The notes beneath the pieces were generated by a model. It searched no databases. It was not told where the DNA came from and saw only the letters and a program-made list of their open reading frames with translations. A stretch of DNA of 64,000 nt from an uncultured Bacteroidota bacterium (lineage in GTDB: Bacteria; Bacteroidota; Ignavibacteria; UBA10030; UBA6906). The DNA lies in contig CAVOYH010000003.1 of assembly GCA_963700635.1 (NCBI GenBank), positions 1,056,001 to 1,120,000 on the forward strand, read 5' to 3'. A program made the translations under genes and the position numbers. Shown here one piece after another: positions 50,885 through 60,502 of the stretch; within the stretch, counting starts at the first letter, position 1; each line of letters starts with the position of its first letter.

Positions 50885-52300
50885 ATGAATCGGATTGTAA
50901 AACTTTCCGCGTGCATGCCCCTGCTGGCACTGGTTCTCGTGTGCACGGTGCAGGGGTATGCCCAACCGCCTGTTGCCGGGCGATGGGAGGGAGCGATTAA
51001 TCTGCCCGGGATGGACCTTGGTATCAACGTGAACTTTATGCCGGCAGGAGATTCACTCCGGGGTACAATTGACATTCCAATGCAGATGGCAAAAGGGCTG
51101 ACGCTTCATGATATCAAAACCGGCGGCGATACGGTCCGGTTTTCACTGCAGGCGGGTCCGGGGATTGCCCGCTTTGAGGGTGTCCACACAGGTGATTCCA
51201 TCTCAGGAACCTTCGCTCAGGCAACCGTGCGTTGTCCGTTTATGCTCCGGCGCGCAAAAGTTTTGCCTCAGCCTGTACCCCCACCATACAGACAGGAGGA
51301 GGTGCGTGTCACTGCGGACAGCGTGGTGCTCGAGGGAACGCTGACCATCCCGCCGTCACCCGGTCCGCATCCGGCCGCGATTCTGCTCACGGGCAGTGGT
51401 CCACAGAACCGTGACGAAGAAATCTTTGGGTTCCCCATCTTTGCCCAGCTTGCCGATCACCTTACCCGAAACGGATTTGCCGTGCTCCGGTGTGATGACC
51501 GGGGAGTCGGAGGGTCCACCGGCAGCTATGCCGCTGCCACGACGCAGGATTTTGCGGCGGACGCACTTGCCCAGTGGAGTTTTTTGCGCGAACGCAGGGA
51601 CATCCAGATATCGCAGGTCGGGTTCATTGGGCACAGTGAAGGCGCGCTCGCAGCCGCGATTGCCTGCCGCCTGCAGCCGGCCGTTGCATTCGCGGTGTTG
51701 CTTGCAGGGCCATCCGTGCGGGGTGACAGCCTTATCCTCGGCCAGGTCGAGCGTCTGGTGCGCTCTTCCGGTGCAACCGAAGCAGAAGTGCAGCGGGCGC
51801 TCCATTCGCAGGAACGGGTCTTTGAGACCGTCCGGGCTGACACCGGCTGGTCATCTCTTCGTGTAATGCTTATCGCGGAACTACAACGGGGCGTTGAGCG
51901 CGCTACACCCGAACAACGCAAAGCGTTCGGCAATATCGATTCAATGGCATCGGCACGTGTGGATATACAGATGTCCGCGCTCAGGCTGCCCTGGTTCCGG
52001 CGGTTTATCCTCTACGACCCGGCAGAAGACCTGAAGAGCATCACCTGTCCCGTTCTTGCGCTGTATGGTTCCCTGGACATGCAGGTTCCACCTGCGCAGA
52101 ATTACGCGGTCATGGAAACCATCTTCAGAGAATCGGGGAACAGGGAGGCGATCTGCAAAGTTATACCCGGCGCCAACCATCTCTTTCAGGCCGCGAAAAC
52201 GGGAAGCCCGATGGAGTACGGGCAGTTGGAGAAGGAATTTGCGCCCGGGGTCCTGGAGACTCTCTCCGGCTGGATGGCCGGTGTACGAGGGCGGCGTTAG
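50885..52300 (+). CDS. Secreted alpha/beta hydrolase
   Basis: Signal peptide; LEGTLTIP, TGSGPQNRDE, DDRGVGGS, GHSEG nucleophile, DMQV, GANHLFQ. Confidence 0.88.
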   Translation: MNRIVKLSACMPLLALVLVCTVQGYAQPPVAGRWEGAINLPGMDLGINVNFMPAGDSLRGTIDIPMQMAKGLTLHDIKTGGDTVRFSLQAGPGIARFEGVHTGDSISGTFAQATVRCPFMLRRAKVLPQPVPPPYRQEEVRVTADSVVLEGTLTIPPSPGPHPAAILLTGSGPQNRDEEIFGFPIFAQLADHLTRNGFAVLRCDDRGVGGSTGSYAAATTQDFAADALAQWSFLRERRDIQISQVGFIGHSEGALAAAIACRLQPAVAFAVLLAGPSVRGDSLILGQVERLVRSSGATEAEVQRALHSQERVFETVRADTGWSSLRVMLIAELQRGVERATPEQRKAFGNIDSMASARVDIQMSALRLPWFRRFILYDPAEDLKSITCPVLALYGSLDMQVPPAQNYAVMETIFRESGNREAICKVIPGANHLFQAAKTGSPMEYGQLEKEFAPGVLETLSGWMAGVRGRR

Positions 52301-53895
52301 AACGATTTCTTGTCGGACGAGTGTGTTTTAACGGATTCACGCTGAACCGGCTTTTCTGCTTCGGTCTTAAGACGGACCTCGTAGAGGTCTGTCCGGCGGT
52401 TCCGCCAGTTGAGCACCGTGCCACTCTGCCGGTGAGGTTTTAACAGTTCCAGTTCGATATCGTCCACAATCACCGTTTCGATGTTTGGCGTCGTCTCCGC
52501 AACAACCGAATCCCGCGAGAACGGTAAGTCGGCTGGCGAGAAGATCCCCGACTGGGCGTACTGCACATCCATGTTGTCCACAAATGGCAGGTTGCCAACC
52601 GTCCCTGCAATGACCGTGTACACGTGATTCTCCACGCATCGTGCCTGAGCACAATACCGTACGCGAAGGTAGCCGTACCGTTCATCCGTATTAAACGGGA
52701 CGAAGATGATCTGTGCTCCTTTTTCCACGGCAATCCGGCTGACTTCCGGGAATGTAATATCGTGGCCGATCTGCAGGGATATCTTGCACATATCGGTATC
52801 AAAGACTTCGATCGTATTGCCGGCTTCCACCCCCCACCATTTACGTTCGTCGGGAGTGATATGCAGTTTGTACTGCTTGTTGATGCCGCCGTTGCGGTGG
52901 AACAGATAGGCGGCGTTGTAGAGATGATCCCCCTCCACGCTGAAAAGAGAACCACCGATGATGTTGATGTCAAATTTGACCGCAAGTTTGCCGAACAGTT
53001 CAAGGTATTGAGGTGTGTATTCCGCCAGACGGCGGATGGCAAGTCCGGGCCGCTCCTTCTGCGCAAACGAAAGAAGCTGCATGGTGAACAACTCTGGAAA
53101 GAGAATAAAGTCGCTCTTGTAGTCAGCGGCGACATCAACAAAATATTCCACCTGTCTTGCAAACGCTTCGAAACTCTCGATCACTCTCATCTGGTACTGC
53201 ACGGCGCAGATACGCACCGCTTTTGAAGGAACATAGGCGCGGGTAAAATCGGGTTTATAATCCAGATTTGTCCACTCGAGCAGGGTCGCATACCCCTCCG
53301 ATTCCTTGTCCGAATCCATGTAGGACTTCAGCAATCGAACCAGCACAAAGCCATTGGAGAGTTGAGAGGTGAGGACAGGGTCGATGAGCGATTTGTTGAT
53401 GACCCTTTCCACGTATTCGCGTGAACTCATCGTATCCTTGTGCTGGTGATAGCCGGGGATTCTCCCGCCCAGCACAATGCGCATCAGGTTCTTCTCACGT
53501 GCAAGTTTCTTGCGCGCATCGTAGAGACGCCGGGCCAGCCGCATACCCCGGTAATCGGGATCCACCATAATCTCGATTCCGTACAGCGTATTCCCCTCAG
53601 GGTTATGATTGCGGATGAAACCGGCGTCAGCGATTTCCCGCCAGTCGTGCCATTCAGCGTACATTGCGAAATCGAGAATAAGGCTGCTGGATGATGCAAC
53701 AATACGCCCGGCGTACTCTATGCAGATCTGGCCTTGCGGAAAAATCTTGAGCTGGCTTTCAATCTGCGCGCGCTTCCACGGTTTCATCCCGGGAAAACAC
53801 CGGTGCTGCAGATCGACGAGCCGATCAAAGTCGGCTATCGTAATAGGGCGGACGACAAGACTGTTTTCGAAGGAACTCAAGTCGGTCTTCGTCAT
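52297..53895 (-). CDS. GNAT acetyltransferase / carbon-nitrogen hydrolase fusion with the catalytic Cys replaced
   Basis: GNAT LYGIEIMVDPDYRGMRLARRLY..GGRIPGY; nitrilase FPELF and QYKLHITP; IGHDITFPE where ICYDIEFPE is expected. Confidence 0.88.
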   Translation of the reverse strand: MTKTDLSSFENSLVVRPITIADFDRLVDLQHRCFPGMKPWKRAQIESQLKIFPQGQICIEYAGRIVASSSSLILDFAMYAEWHDWREIADAGFIRNHNPEGNTLYGIEIMVDPDYRGMRLARRLYDARKKLAREKNLMRIVLGGRIPGYHQHKDTMSSREYVERVINKSLIDPVLTSQLSNGFVLVRLLKSYMDSDKESEGYATLLEWTNLDYKPDFTRAYVPSKAVRICAVQYQMRVIESFEAFARQVEYFVDVAADYKSDFILFPELFTMQLLSFAQKERPGLAIRRLAEYTPQYLELFGKLAVKFDINIIGGSLFSVEGDHLYNAAYLFHRNGGINKQYKLHITPDERKWWGVEAGNTIEVFDTDMCKISLQIGHDITFPEVSRIAVEKGAQIIFVPFNTDERYGYLRVRYCAQARCVENHVYTVIAGTVGNLPFVDNMDVQYAQSGIFSPADLPFSRDSVVAETTPNIETVIVDDIELELLKPHRQSGTVLNWRNRRTDLYEVRLKTEAEKPVQRESVKTHSSDKKSF

Positions 53896-53977
53896 AGGCA
53901 AACCTCGTGTTCCTGAGGGTTAGGAAAACTGAACCCCGGACCGGGAATCCGGGGTGACACGATTGGGACGGAGTAGA

Positions 53978-54823
53978 TTACCGCAGCTTCTGCAGCAGGG
54001 CTCCGATGCTTCCAGGATCGTCGTTGGCCGGAAAATGAAAGAGCCGTGCAGAATTCTGGTACAGCAGTTTCTTTCGGTCCTTTTCCGGAATGCTGAGTTC
54101 CTCGATGAACTCGATGTACGATTCCATGGAGGAAATGGGCCAGTCAGTCCCGAACAACACTTTGTCCGGCTCCACGCCGTAGACCAGCATTTCCTGGAGT
54201 TGTTTCCGCATATAACTTTCGAACCGGTCTGAAAAATCGCCCAGCACAAGACCGGAAAGGTCGGTGTACACGTTCTTGTTCTTGTACACCACTTCCATAC
54301 AGTCTCTGAACCAGGGACTTCCAAGATGACAGATGACAAAGTTCACGTCGGGATAATCAACGGCAGCGTCGTCGACATGGAGGGGGTGGGAGTACTTTAT
54401 TTTCCCCTTTGGCGTAAATGTATCGCCGGAGTGAAGCATCACGGGTACGTTCATTTCGGCTGCAAGCCGGTAGATTGGCTCACATTTTGGGTCATTGGGG
54501 TAGAACGGCTCATACCCCGGGTAGAGTTTCAGCCCCCGGACGAGACCATCCTGGATAAACTCGCGTAGTTCGGTCAACTGATCGGGTACAAACGCGTTGT
54601 AGCTGATACCTGCCACAACAAACACATTGGTCATGCCGGAAGTGATCTTTACGACTTCGCGTGTCGAGGGCCGGCCGGCGGTGATCTTGTACGATGTCAA
54701 CACGAGCGCGATATCCACCCGGTTCCGTTTCATGGCGAGCTGGAGGTCATCCATACACTGCTGGAGAGACTCAACATCTTCGTTGTGATAATTATTGACG
54801 TGTGTATGGCAATCGATGATCAT
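53978..54823 (-). CDS. Amidohydrolase_2 family metallo-hydrolase
   Basis: IIDCHTH, GLKLYPGY, PVMLHSG, ICHLG, VYTDLSG, LFGTDWP. Confidence 0.88.
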   Translation of the reverse strand: MIIDCHTHVNNYHNEDVESLQQCMDDLQLAMKRNRVDIALVLTSYKITAGRPSTREVVKITSGMTNVFVVAGISYNAFVPDQLTELREFIQDGLVRGLKLYPGYEPFYPNDPKCEPIYRLAAEMNVPVMLHSGDTFTPKGKIKYSHPLHVDDAAVDYPDVNFVICHLGSPWFRDCMEVVYKNKNVYTDLSGLVLGDFSDRFESYMRKQLQEMLVYGVEPDKVLFGTDWPISSMESYIEFIEELSIPEKDRKKLLYQNSARLFHFPANDDPGSIGALLQKLR

Positions 54824-54831
54824 AATGGGGT

Positions 54832-55497
54832 CTATGGCTTCCAGATTTTTTCAATAATACGTTCGGCCCATGCGCGTCCGCCGAGGCCGAATGCTATCGC
54901 CAGTGCCAGACAGAAGGCACCGAAGGCGATTTCAAATGCCGAAACCAGCACCTGACCACCGAGGGAGAGCTGCTCCAGCGCAAGAGAAATCACAAAGAGC
55001 AGAAGGGTCCACTGGGCTATGTGGCTGACAATGTCAGCCCCGCTGATGCCGATGTTGTTCAGGTAGGTGTACGTGAATCCGCGGAAGAGTTTCGCAAGAA
55101 GAGTTCCGAAGATGAGCACCAGCAAGGCCACGATGATACTCGGAATGTAGAGAACGACCTTGGCGAGGAGGTTGTCGGCGGATTTTAATCCGAGTCCGTT
55201 CAGCACCGCGAGCATGACCGCAAATATGATAACCCAGTAAATGCCATTCGCGATGATGGTGACGGTCGTGTACTTTACATCACCCTGCAGCAGGAAATCT
55301 TCGATGCCCATCTTCTCCGCAAGAACGTCAATCCGGGCGAATTTAAGGACCCTGATGATTACCTTGCGGATGAGTTTTGCCGCAAGCCACCCCGCGACAA
55401 GGAGGAGCAGTGCAGCGGACAGTTGAGGCAGGACGACAATCAGGTAATTCCACGCAGTCTGGAAGAACGTAACCGCGGAGGTAAACTGCTCAAACAT
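54832..55497 (-). CDS. Membrane protein with MscS-type conserved TM-helix repeats
   Basis: LPQLSAALLLLVAGWL, YIPSIIVALLVL, LALEQL, ALAIAFGLGGR; no cytoplasmic MscS beta domain. Confidence 0.7.
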   Translation of the reverse strand: MFEQFTSAVTFFQTAWNYLIVVLPQLSAALLLLVAGWLAAKLIRKVIIRVLKFARIDVLAEKMGIEDFLLQGDVKYTTVTIIANGIYWVIIFAVMLAVLNGLGLKSADNLLAKVVLYIPSIIVALLVLIFGTLLAKLFRGFTYTYLNNIGISGADIVSHIAQWTLLLFVISLALEQLSLGGQVLVSAFEIAFGAFCLALAIAFGLGGRAWAERIIEKIWKP

Positions 55498-55614
55498 GGA
55501 GCCTCCTGAAGAGAATGCGACATCTGCGGACACGGTTCATCTCTATAACATCGTGCATTTTCGACACAAGTTCAACCTTTCCCGGTAATGCCGCCTCTTT
55601 CATCTGCGCCCCCC

Positions 55615-56796
55615 TCACCGGTCCGGAATACCGGGTGAAGGCTTTTCTCCTTTTGAATAGACGATTTTTCCCTGAACAATTGTGCAATACACCGAATAGT
55701 CGGAATCCAGAACCACAATGTCAGCATCCTTGCCGGCGTCCAGGGATCCTTTCGTGGCTTCCAAACCCAGGACTTTCGCCGGCACTACGGTGACGGTGTC
55801 GATGGCCTGCCTGAAGGAACAGCCGGTGTATTCCCTGAACCGTAAGGCAATGGTGCCCAGACTCATGGTGGTTCCAATCAACGTGCCATCAGGGTACAGC
55901 GCGGTGCCTTCCGTGGAAACATACTCCTTCCCGTTGTAGATGTACCGTCCGTCCGGAAGTCCCATTCCCTGAACGCCGTCGGTAATGCAGACGCATCGAT
56001 CCGGTCCGAGATTACGCCAGAGAAGTCTGACAATTGCCGGATGGAGATGTTTGCCGTCGCTGATGATCTGTGCGCTGACCGAAGGATGTTCGAAGATGGC
56101 CGTGACCGGACCGGGGGCACGATGGTGGACTGAAGGCATCGCGTTAAACAGATGCGTGACATGGGAAACTCCCGCATCAAATCCCCGTTGTGTTTCTTCG
56201 TATGTTGCCTCCGAATGGGCAAATGCGGCAACAGTGCCGCGGGCCACAAGGGTCCGGATACGATCGAGATTGCCGGGCATCTCCGGCGCGATGGTCATCA
56301 TCTTCAAGACACTCCCGGCGTCGGCGTAGAGTTGATCAAGAGCGTTGGACGAAGAAGGGTAGATGGATTCCGGGGCCAGCCCTCCTTTCCTCGCGGGGTT
56401 GAGGAAAGGCCCTTCAAGGTGAATACCAAGGAGCGTCGCCCCGCCGAGATTCTGAGCGGTCCAGTCGCGCATCAGCTGCAAATGAGTATTTCCTTCGTCC
56501 GGCCTTGACACCGTGGTTCCCAGAAACCCTGTGGTGCCAAGACGGGCGAGTGTCCGGGAGATGGTACGCAGGGCATCCGCCGAAGAATCAAGCACGTCGG
56601 CTCCGCCGGCTCCCTGAATGTGCAGGTCGATAAAACCGGGCACGGCAATACGTCCGCCGGCATCAAGAAACGCCGCACCATTCCCCGGCTCGCTGCCCGG
56701 TGAGACGATGCGGGATCCTTCAATCAGGAGACTGGTGGGCGGGCTGTCCGGGGATGTGTAGAGCCGGCAATTGCGGATGAGAAGTCGTGATGGCAT
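55615..56796 (-). CDS. nagA: N-acetylglucosamine-6-phosphate deacetylase
   Basis: PGFIDLHIQG, GIHLEGPFL, MTIAPE, HSEATYEE, THLFNAM, ISDGKH, ITDG. Confidence 0.9.
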   Translation of the reverse strand: MPSRLLIRNCRLYTSPDSPPTSLLIEGSRIVSPGSEPGNGAAFLDAGGRIAVPGFIDLHIQGAGGADVLDSSADALRTISRTLARLGTTGFLGTTVSRPDEGNTHLQLMRDWTAQNLGGATLLGIHLEGPFLNPARKGGLAPESIYPSSSNALDQLYADAGSVLKMMTIAPEMPGNLDRIRTLVARGTVAAFAHSEATYEETQRGFDAGVSHVTHLFNAMPSVHHRAPGPVTAIFEHPSVSAQIISDGKHLHPAIVRLLWRNLGPDRCVCITDGVQGMGLPDGRYIYNGKEYVSTEGTALYPDGTLIGTTMSLGTIALRFREYTGCSFRQAIDTVTVVPAKVLGLEATKGSLDAGKDADIVVLDSDYSVYCTIVQGKIVYSKGEKPSPGIPDR

Positions 56797-56991
56797 TGGC
56801 CTACATTGCGTGGGAGAATACCTATTGCCATATCAGATAACGATTTTACAGGAATGAGTCAACAGCCGGTTTGTCCAACGGGTGCGCCGCCCCTTTCTCA
56901 TTTGAGCGGTTCATTGCCTTTGTCAGAATCCTCTCTTACCTTACCCGGGCATTCCCAACCCGATCTTTGTCCCATGCTGGAAGAAACCCCG

Positions 56992-57831
56992 ATGAACGGA
57001 ATACCGGTTCTGCACGCCGAAGGAGACTGTGTTTCCCGTGCGTGGGAAAACGCCCTGATTGAACTCCACGCGCATGGATGCCGGATCAAGACCGAGTACG
57101 ACAAACCGGAAGATCCGCCGAGCATCGATGCTTCGATGCTTATCACGATCCATGATCCGATGAAAGAACCGATGATTCACAAAGATTTCCCGGGTGGCCC
57201 GGAGGATCTGCAGGAATATACGATGGAAGTATGCGAGGGGATCAAGGACCATCTTGTCCGCAGGGCCGATGATCCTGAGGATACACGGTGGGAATATACA
57301 TACCACCAGCGTCTGTTCAAGTACGATGGGCCGTCAGGCGGCGTGTTCGACCAGATTGACACCATTGCCCGGAAGCTCTCTGCCACGCCGTATTCCAGGC
57401 GTGCGCAGGCGATCACGTGGAAGGTCTGGGAAGACAACGACTGCTACGATCCCCCATGTCTGCAGAGTATCTGGTGCAGAATTACGGAGGAGGAAGGTCT
57501 TCGTGTCCTAAGCATGAATGTGCGCTTCCGTTCGAACGACGCATACAAAGCGGCTTTTATGAACATCTTTGCTCTGGTCCACCTGCAGAAGCAGCTTGCG
57601 GAAAACATCTCGGCAGCAACAGGAAAACAGGTCCGTATGGGAAGATACTGTCATTTTGCAGACAGTTATCATATCTACGGCTCATATTTCCGCGAATTTG
57701 AAGGACGATTCCTCGGAGCGCTCAGCAAACGCACCTTTGAACAGCGCACGATGCGGCTCGAGGATTTCCGTGAAATCATGGAGGCGGCACGACCAGGAAT
57801 CCTGGAAAAGGCCCGGGCCATGACGCGATAG
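56992..57831 (+). CDS. thyA: Thymidylate synthase, archaeal-type ThyA
   Basis: YTYHQRL, DQI, SRRAQAITW, DPPCLQ (catalytic Cys), FRSNDAYKAAFMN, DSYHIY. Confidence 0.75.
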   Translation: MNGIPVLHAEGDCVSRAWENALIELHAHGCRIKTEYDKPEDPPSIDASMLITIHDPMKEPMIHKDFPGGPEDLQEYTMEVCEGIKDHLVRRADDPEDTRWEYTYHQRLFKYDGPSGGVFDQIDTIARKLSATPYSRRAQAITWKVWEDNDCYDPPCLQSIWCRITEEEGLRVLSMNVRFRSNDAYKAAFMNIFALVHLQKQLAENISAATGKQVRMGRYCHFADSYHIYGSYFREFEGRFLGALSKRTFEQRTMRLEDFREIMEAARPGILEKARAMTR

Positions 57832-57902
57832 CGGTAGCGTTGTATTCTCCGTTCATTGTAGCAAACCTCAACTCTCCTCAATCATCTTAGACGCTGAAGG
57901 GT

Positions 57903-58406
57903 ATGACTATGTCTTCCACTCTCGACAATCTTAAAGAGGCATTTGCGGGCGAAAGCCAGGCATTCCAGAAGTATTCCGCTTTTGCGAAGAAGGCCGATCA
58001 GGATGGCCTTCCAAATATTGCCAAGTTGTTCCGTTTAACTGCTCAGGCGGAGATGATCCACGCAGACGGACACTTCAAAAGTATGGAGGGTGTCAGTTCG
58101 ACCGCGGACAATCTTAAGGCGGCAATAGAAGGTGAAACCTACGAGTTTACGCACATGTATCCGCCGATGGTGCAACAGGCCGAAAAGGATGCGCACAAGG
58201 CAAAGCGGATGTTCACGTATGCGGTGGAGGCTGAAGCCGTTCACGCCCGTCTGTACACGCTGGCCCTGGATGCGGCCAAGGGGGGAAAAGATCTCGGTGA
58301 AACGGATTTTTTCCTTTGTCCGGTCTGCGGATACATTGAATTCGGCCAGGCTCCCGACAAATGCCCGATCTGCGGAGTCCTGGGAAGCAAGTTTATCAAA
58401 GGATAA
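57903..58406 (+). CDS. rbr: Rubrerythrin
   Basis: NLKEAFAGESQA, AEMIHA, EGETYE..MYP, EAVH; C-terminal CPVCG...CPICG. Confidence 0.92.
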   Translation: MTMSSTLDNLKEAFAGESQAFQKYSAFAKKADQDGLPNIAKLFRLTAQAEMIHADGHFKSMEGVSSTADNLKAAIEGETYEFTHMYPPMVQQAEKDAHKAKRMFTYAVEAEAVHARLYTLALDAAKGGKDLGETDFFLCPVCGYIEFGQAPDKCPICGVLGSKFIKG

Positions 58407-58476
58407 CGTCCGTCCGGGACTGCCTTACACACTGTAGGCAGTCCGCGCTCTCCTCACCCATACACTGGATTCAGCC

Positions 58477-59961
58477 ATGCTTTCTGTTGGCTATGACATC
58501 GGCAGTTCTTCCGTAAAAGCCGCGGTGATCGACATTGAGTCGGGGGCGACACTTGCTTCTGATTTTTTCCCGCGCGAGGAAATGACCATCAGCTCCCCTC
58601 ACCCCGGCTGGGCCGAACAGGATCCACAGTACTGGTGGGAGTGTGTGCAGAAGGTTACGAGAGCGCTGCTCTCGACGGGACGTGTGGATCCAAGCCGGGT
58701 TGTGTCGATCGGTATCTCGTACCAGATGCACGGGTTGGTTATCGTGGATACAGACGGCAACCCCCTCAGGCCATCTATCATCTGGTGCGACAGTCGGGCG
58801 GTGGAGATTGGCGAGCGGGCATTTCGTTCGCTTGGTGAAGAATACTGTCTTTCGAACATGCTCAACTCACCCGGCAATTTTACGGCATCGAAACTTCGCT
58901 GGGTGAAGGAAAACGAACCGGAACGGTACAGCCGGATTGCGCATATCCTTCTTCCGGGAGACTTTATCGCGCTCCGGATGACCGGCGAAGCGACTACAAC
59001 GATGACCGGACTTTCAGAAGGGATCTTCTGGAATTTCCGCGACCAGACCGTAGATCCGCGCCTGCTGAAGGAGTTTGAGATCGATGCAGGGTTGTTCCCC
59101 CGGATTGTTCCCGCACTGGGTATTCAGGGGCATCTCACGCGGGCGTCGGCCCGCGCACTGGGGCTGCCGGAAGGGATCCCGGTCGCCTACCGGGCCGGAG
59201 ACCAGCCCAACAACGCCTTCTCCCTTCATGTGCTTCATCCGGGAGAGGTGGCCGCTACAGCGGGAACATCGGGTGTCGTCTACGGCGTGTCCGAGCGTAC
59301 CACCTTCGATGCGCGTTCCCGCGTGAATCTTTTTGCGCACGTGAACCACACTGCAGCCCGGCCGCGATTAGGGATCCTGCTTTGTATCAACGGAACAGGG
59401 ATACTCTTTTCGTGGTTACGCCGGACACTCGGTACGGCGTTAACATACCATGAACTCAACGATCGGGCTGCGCAGATCGCTGTGGGATCGGATGGCGTCA
59501 CGGTTCTCCCCTTTGGCAACGGGTCGGAGCGGATGCTGGAAAACCGCACCGTCGGTGCGAGTATCAAGGGGCTGGATCTTGTTCGCCACTCCGGCAGTCA
59601 CATCGTGCGGGCGGCGCAGGAAGGAATTGCGTTTGCGTTTGAGTGGGGGATGGGGATCATGCGTTCGATGGGCATGCCCGCCGAGGTCATCCGGGCCGGT
59701 CATGCCAATTTGTTTTTGAGTCCAGTGTTCCGCCAGACACTTGCCACAATCTCCGGTGCTCACATTGAACTTTTTGACACCGATGGTGCAGCAGGGGCAG
59801 CCCGCGGAGCTGCCGTGGGTGCCGGCAAGTACACATCGGTACAGGATGCGTTTGGTTCCTTGCGGAAGATCACCACGGTAGAGCCGCTTGCCCGGGAGAA
59901 AGAGCAGACTGAAGAAGGGTACCGGCGGTGGGTGAGAGCACTCGAGAGCGAAATGATCTAA
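58477..59961 (+). CDS. xylB: Xylulokinase (FGGY carbohydrate kinase)
   Basis: GYDIGSSSVKA, GWAEQDP, ISYQMHG, IWCDSRA, GNFTASKL, RAGDQPNNA, AGTSGV, PFGNGSER. Confidence 0.85.
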   Translation: MLSVGYDIGSSSVKAAVIDIESGATLASDFFPREEMTISSPHPGWAEQDPQYWWECVQKVTRALLSTGRVDPSRVVSIGISYQMHGLVIVDTDGNPLRPSIIWCDSRAVEIGERAFRSLGEEYCLSNMLNSPGNFTASKLRWVKENEPERYSRIAHILLPGDFIALRMTGEATTTMTGLSEGIFWNFRDQTVDPRLLKEFEIDAGLFPRIVPALGIQGHLTRASARALGLPEGIPVAYRAGDQPNNAFSLHVLHPGEVAATAGTSGVVYGVSERTTFDARSRVNLFAHVNHTAARPRLGILLCINGTGILFSWLRRTLGTALTYHELNDRAAQIAVGSDGVTVLPFGNGSERMLENRTVGASIKGLDLVRHSGSHIVRAAQEGIAFAFEWGMGIMRSMGMPAEVIRAGHANLFLSPVFRQTLATISGAHIELFDTDGAAGAARGAAVGAGKYTSVQDAFGSLRKITTVEPLAREKEQTEEGYRRWVRALESEMI

Positions 59962-60054
59962 ACCCGGAAAACCCTTCATGTGGAGGGACCTCCCAGGATC
60001 CCCTGCGACGCCGGGAGGATTGCTTTCGTGCCTGCACGACCGTATATTTCCGCT

Positions 60055-60495
60055 ATGAAGACGTTGGTCCTGTTTTTGAGTGTGCTCCTCTGTTCCGTGC
60101 GGGCAGTTCCCCAGAGCACCGTTGCCGGAGGGGACCGGGACAGTACGCACGGGGAACGTATCGTGCTCGTGGAACCCGGGATGGCTCCGGGGAATTTGAT
60201 ATTTCTTATTCCCCCGCATCTTGAACGGCAACTGCTTTTCGAATCTCCGACCTTCTTTTTTGCAGGAATCCCCTCCTTATCATCCGCGCCCGTCTACGAA
60301 CGCCCCTTTGAGGTTCACCCGGACTTGCTTGCACCGCTTCGCCTTCAATGGGAACGCGAAGCGCAGCTCGGGACATTCCGCAAGATACTCGGCTCGATCC
60401 AGCTCGGAGGAGTGGCTTATCTTGCCTATCGACATTTTTCAAAATCCGGCACCATGACCATACGTCCCCGCGCACCAAAGAGTAACAAGAAATGA
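60055..60495 (+). CDS. Hypothetical exported/membrane protein
   Basis: Signal peptide MKTLVLFLSVLL; C-terminal ILGSIQLGGVAYLAYRH. Confidence 0.6.
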   Translation: MKTLVLFLSVLLCSVRAVPQSTVAGGDRDSTHGERIVLVEPGMAPGNLIFLIPPHLERQLLFESPTFFFAGIPSLSSAPVYERPFEVHPDLLAPLRLQWEREAQLGTFRKILGSIQLGGVAYLAYRHFSKSGTMTIRPRAPKSNKK

Positions 60496-60502
60496 GGGTA
60501 TC

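Noticed and set aside
56800-56990. Riboswitch upstream of thyA
   Set aside because: No recognisable aptamer consensus or terminator by eye; an Infernal/Rfam scan would be needed.
56992-57831. Phage-type dCMP/dUMP hydroxymethylase (DNA hypermodification)
   Set aside because: No phage, kinase or glycosyltransferase neighbours, and the context is housekeeping.
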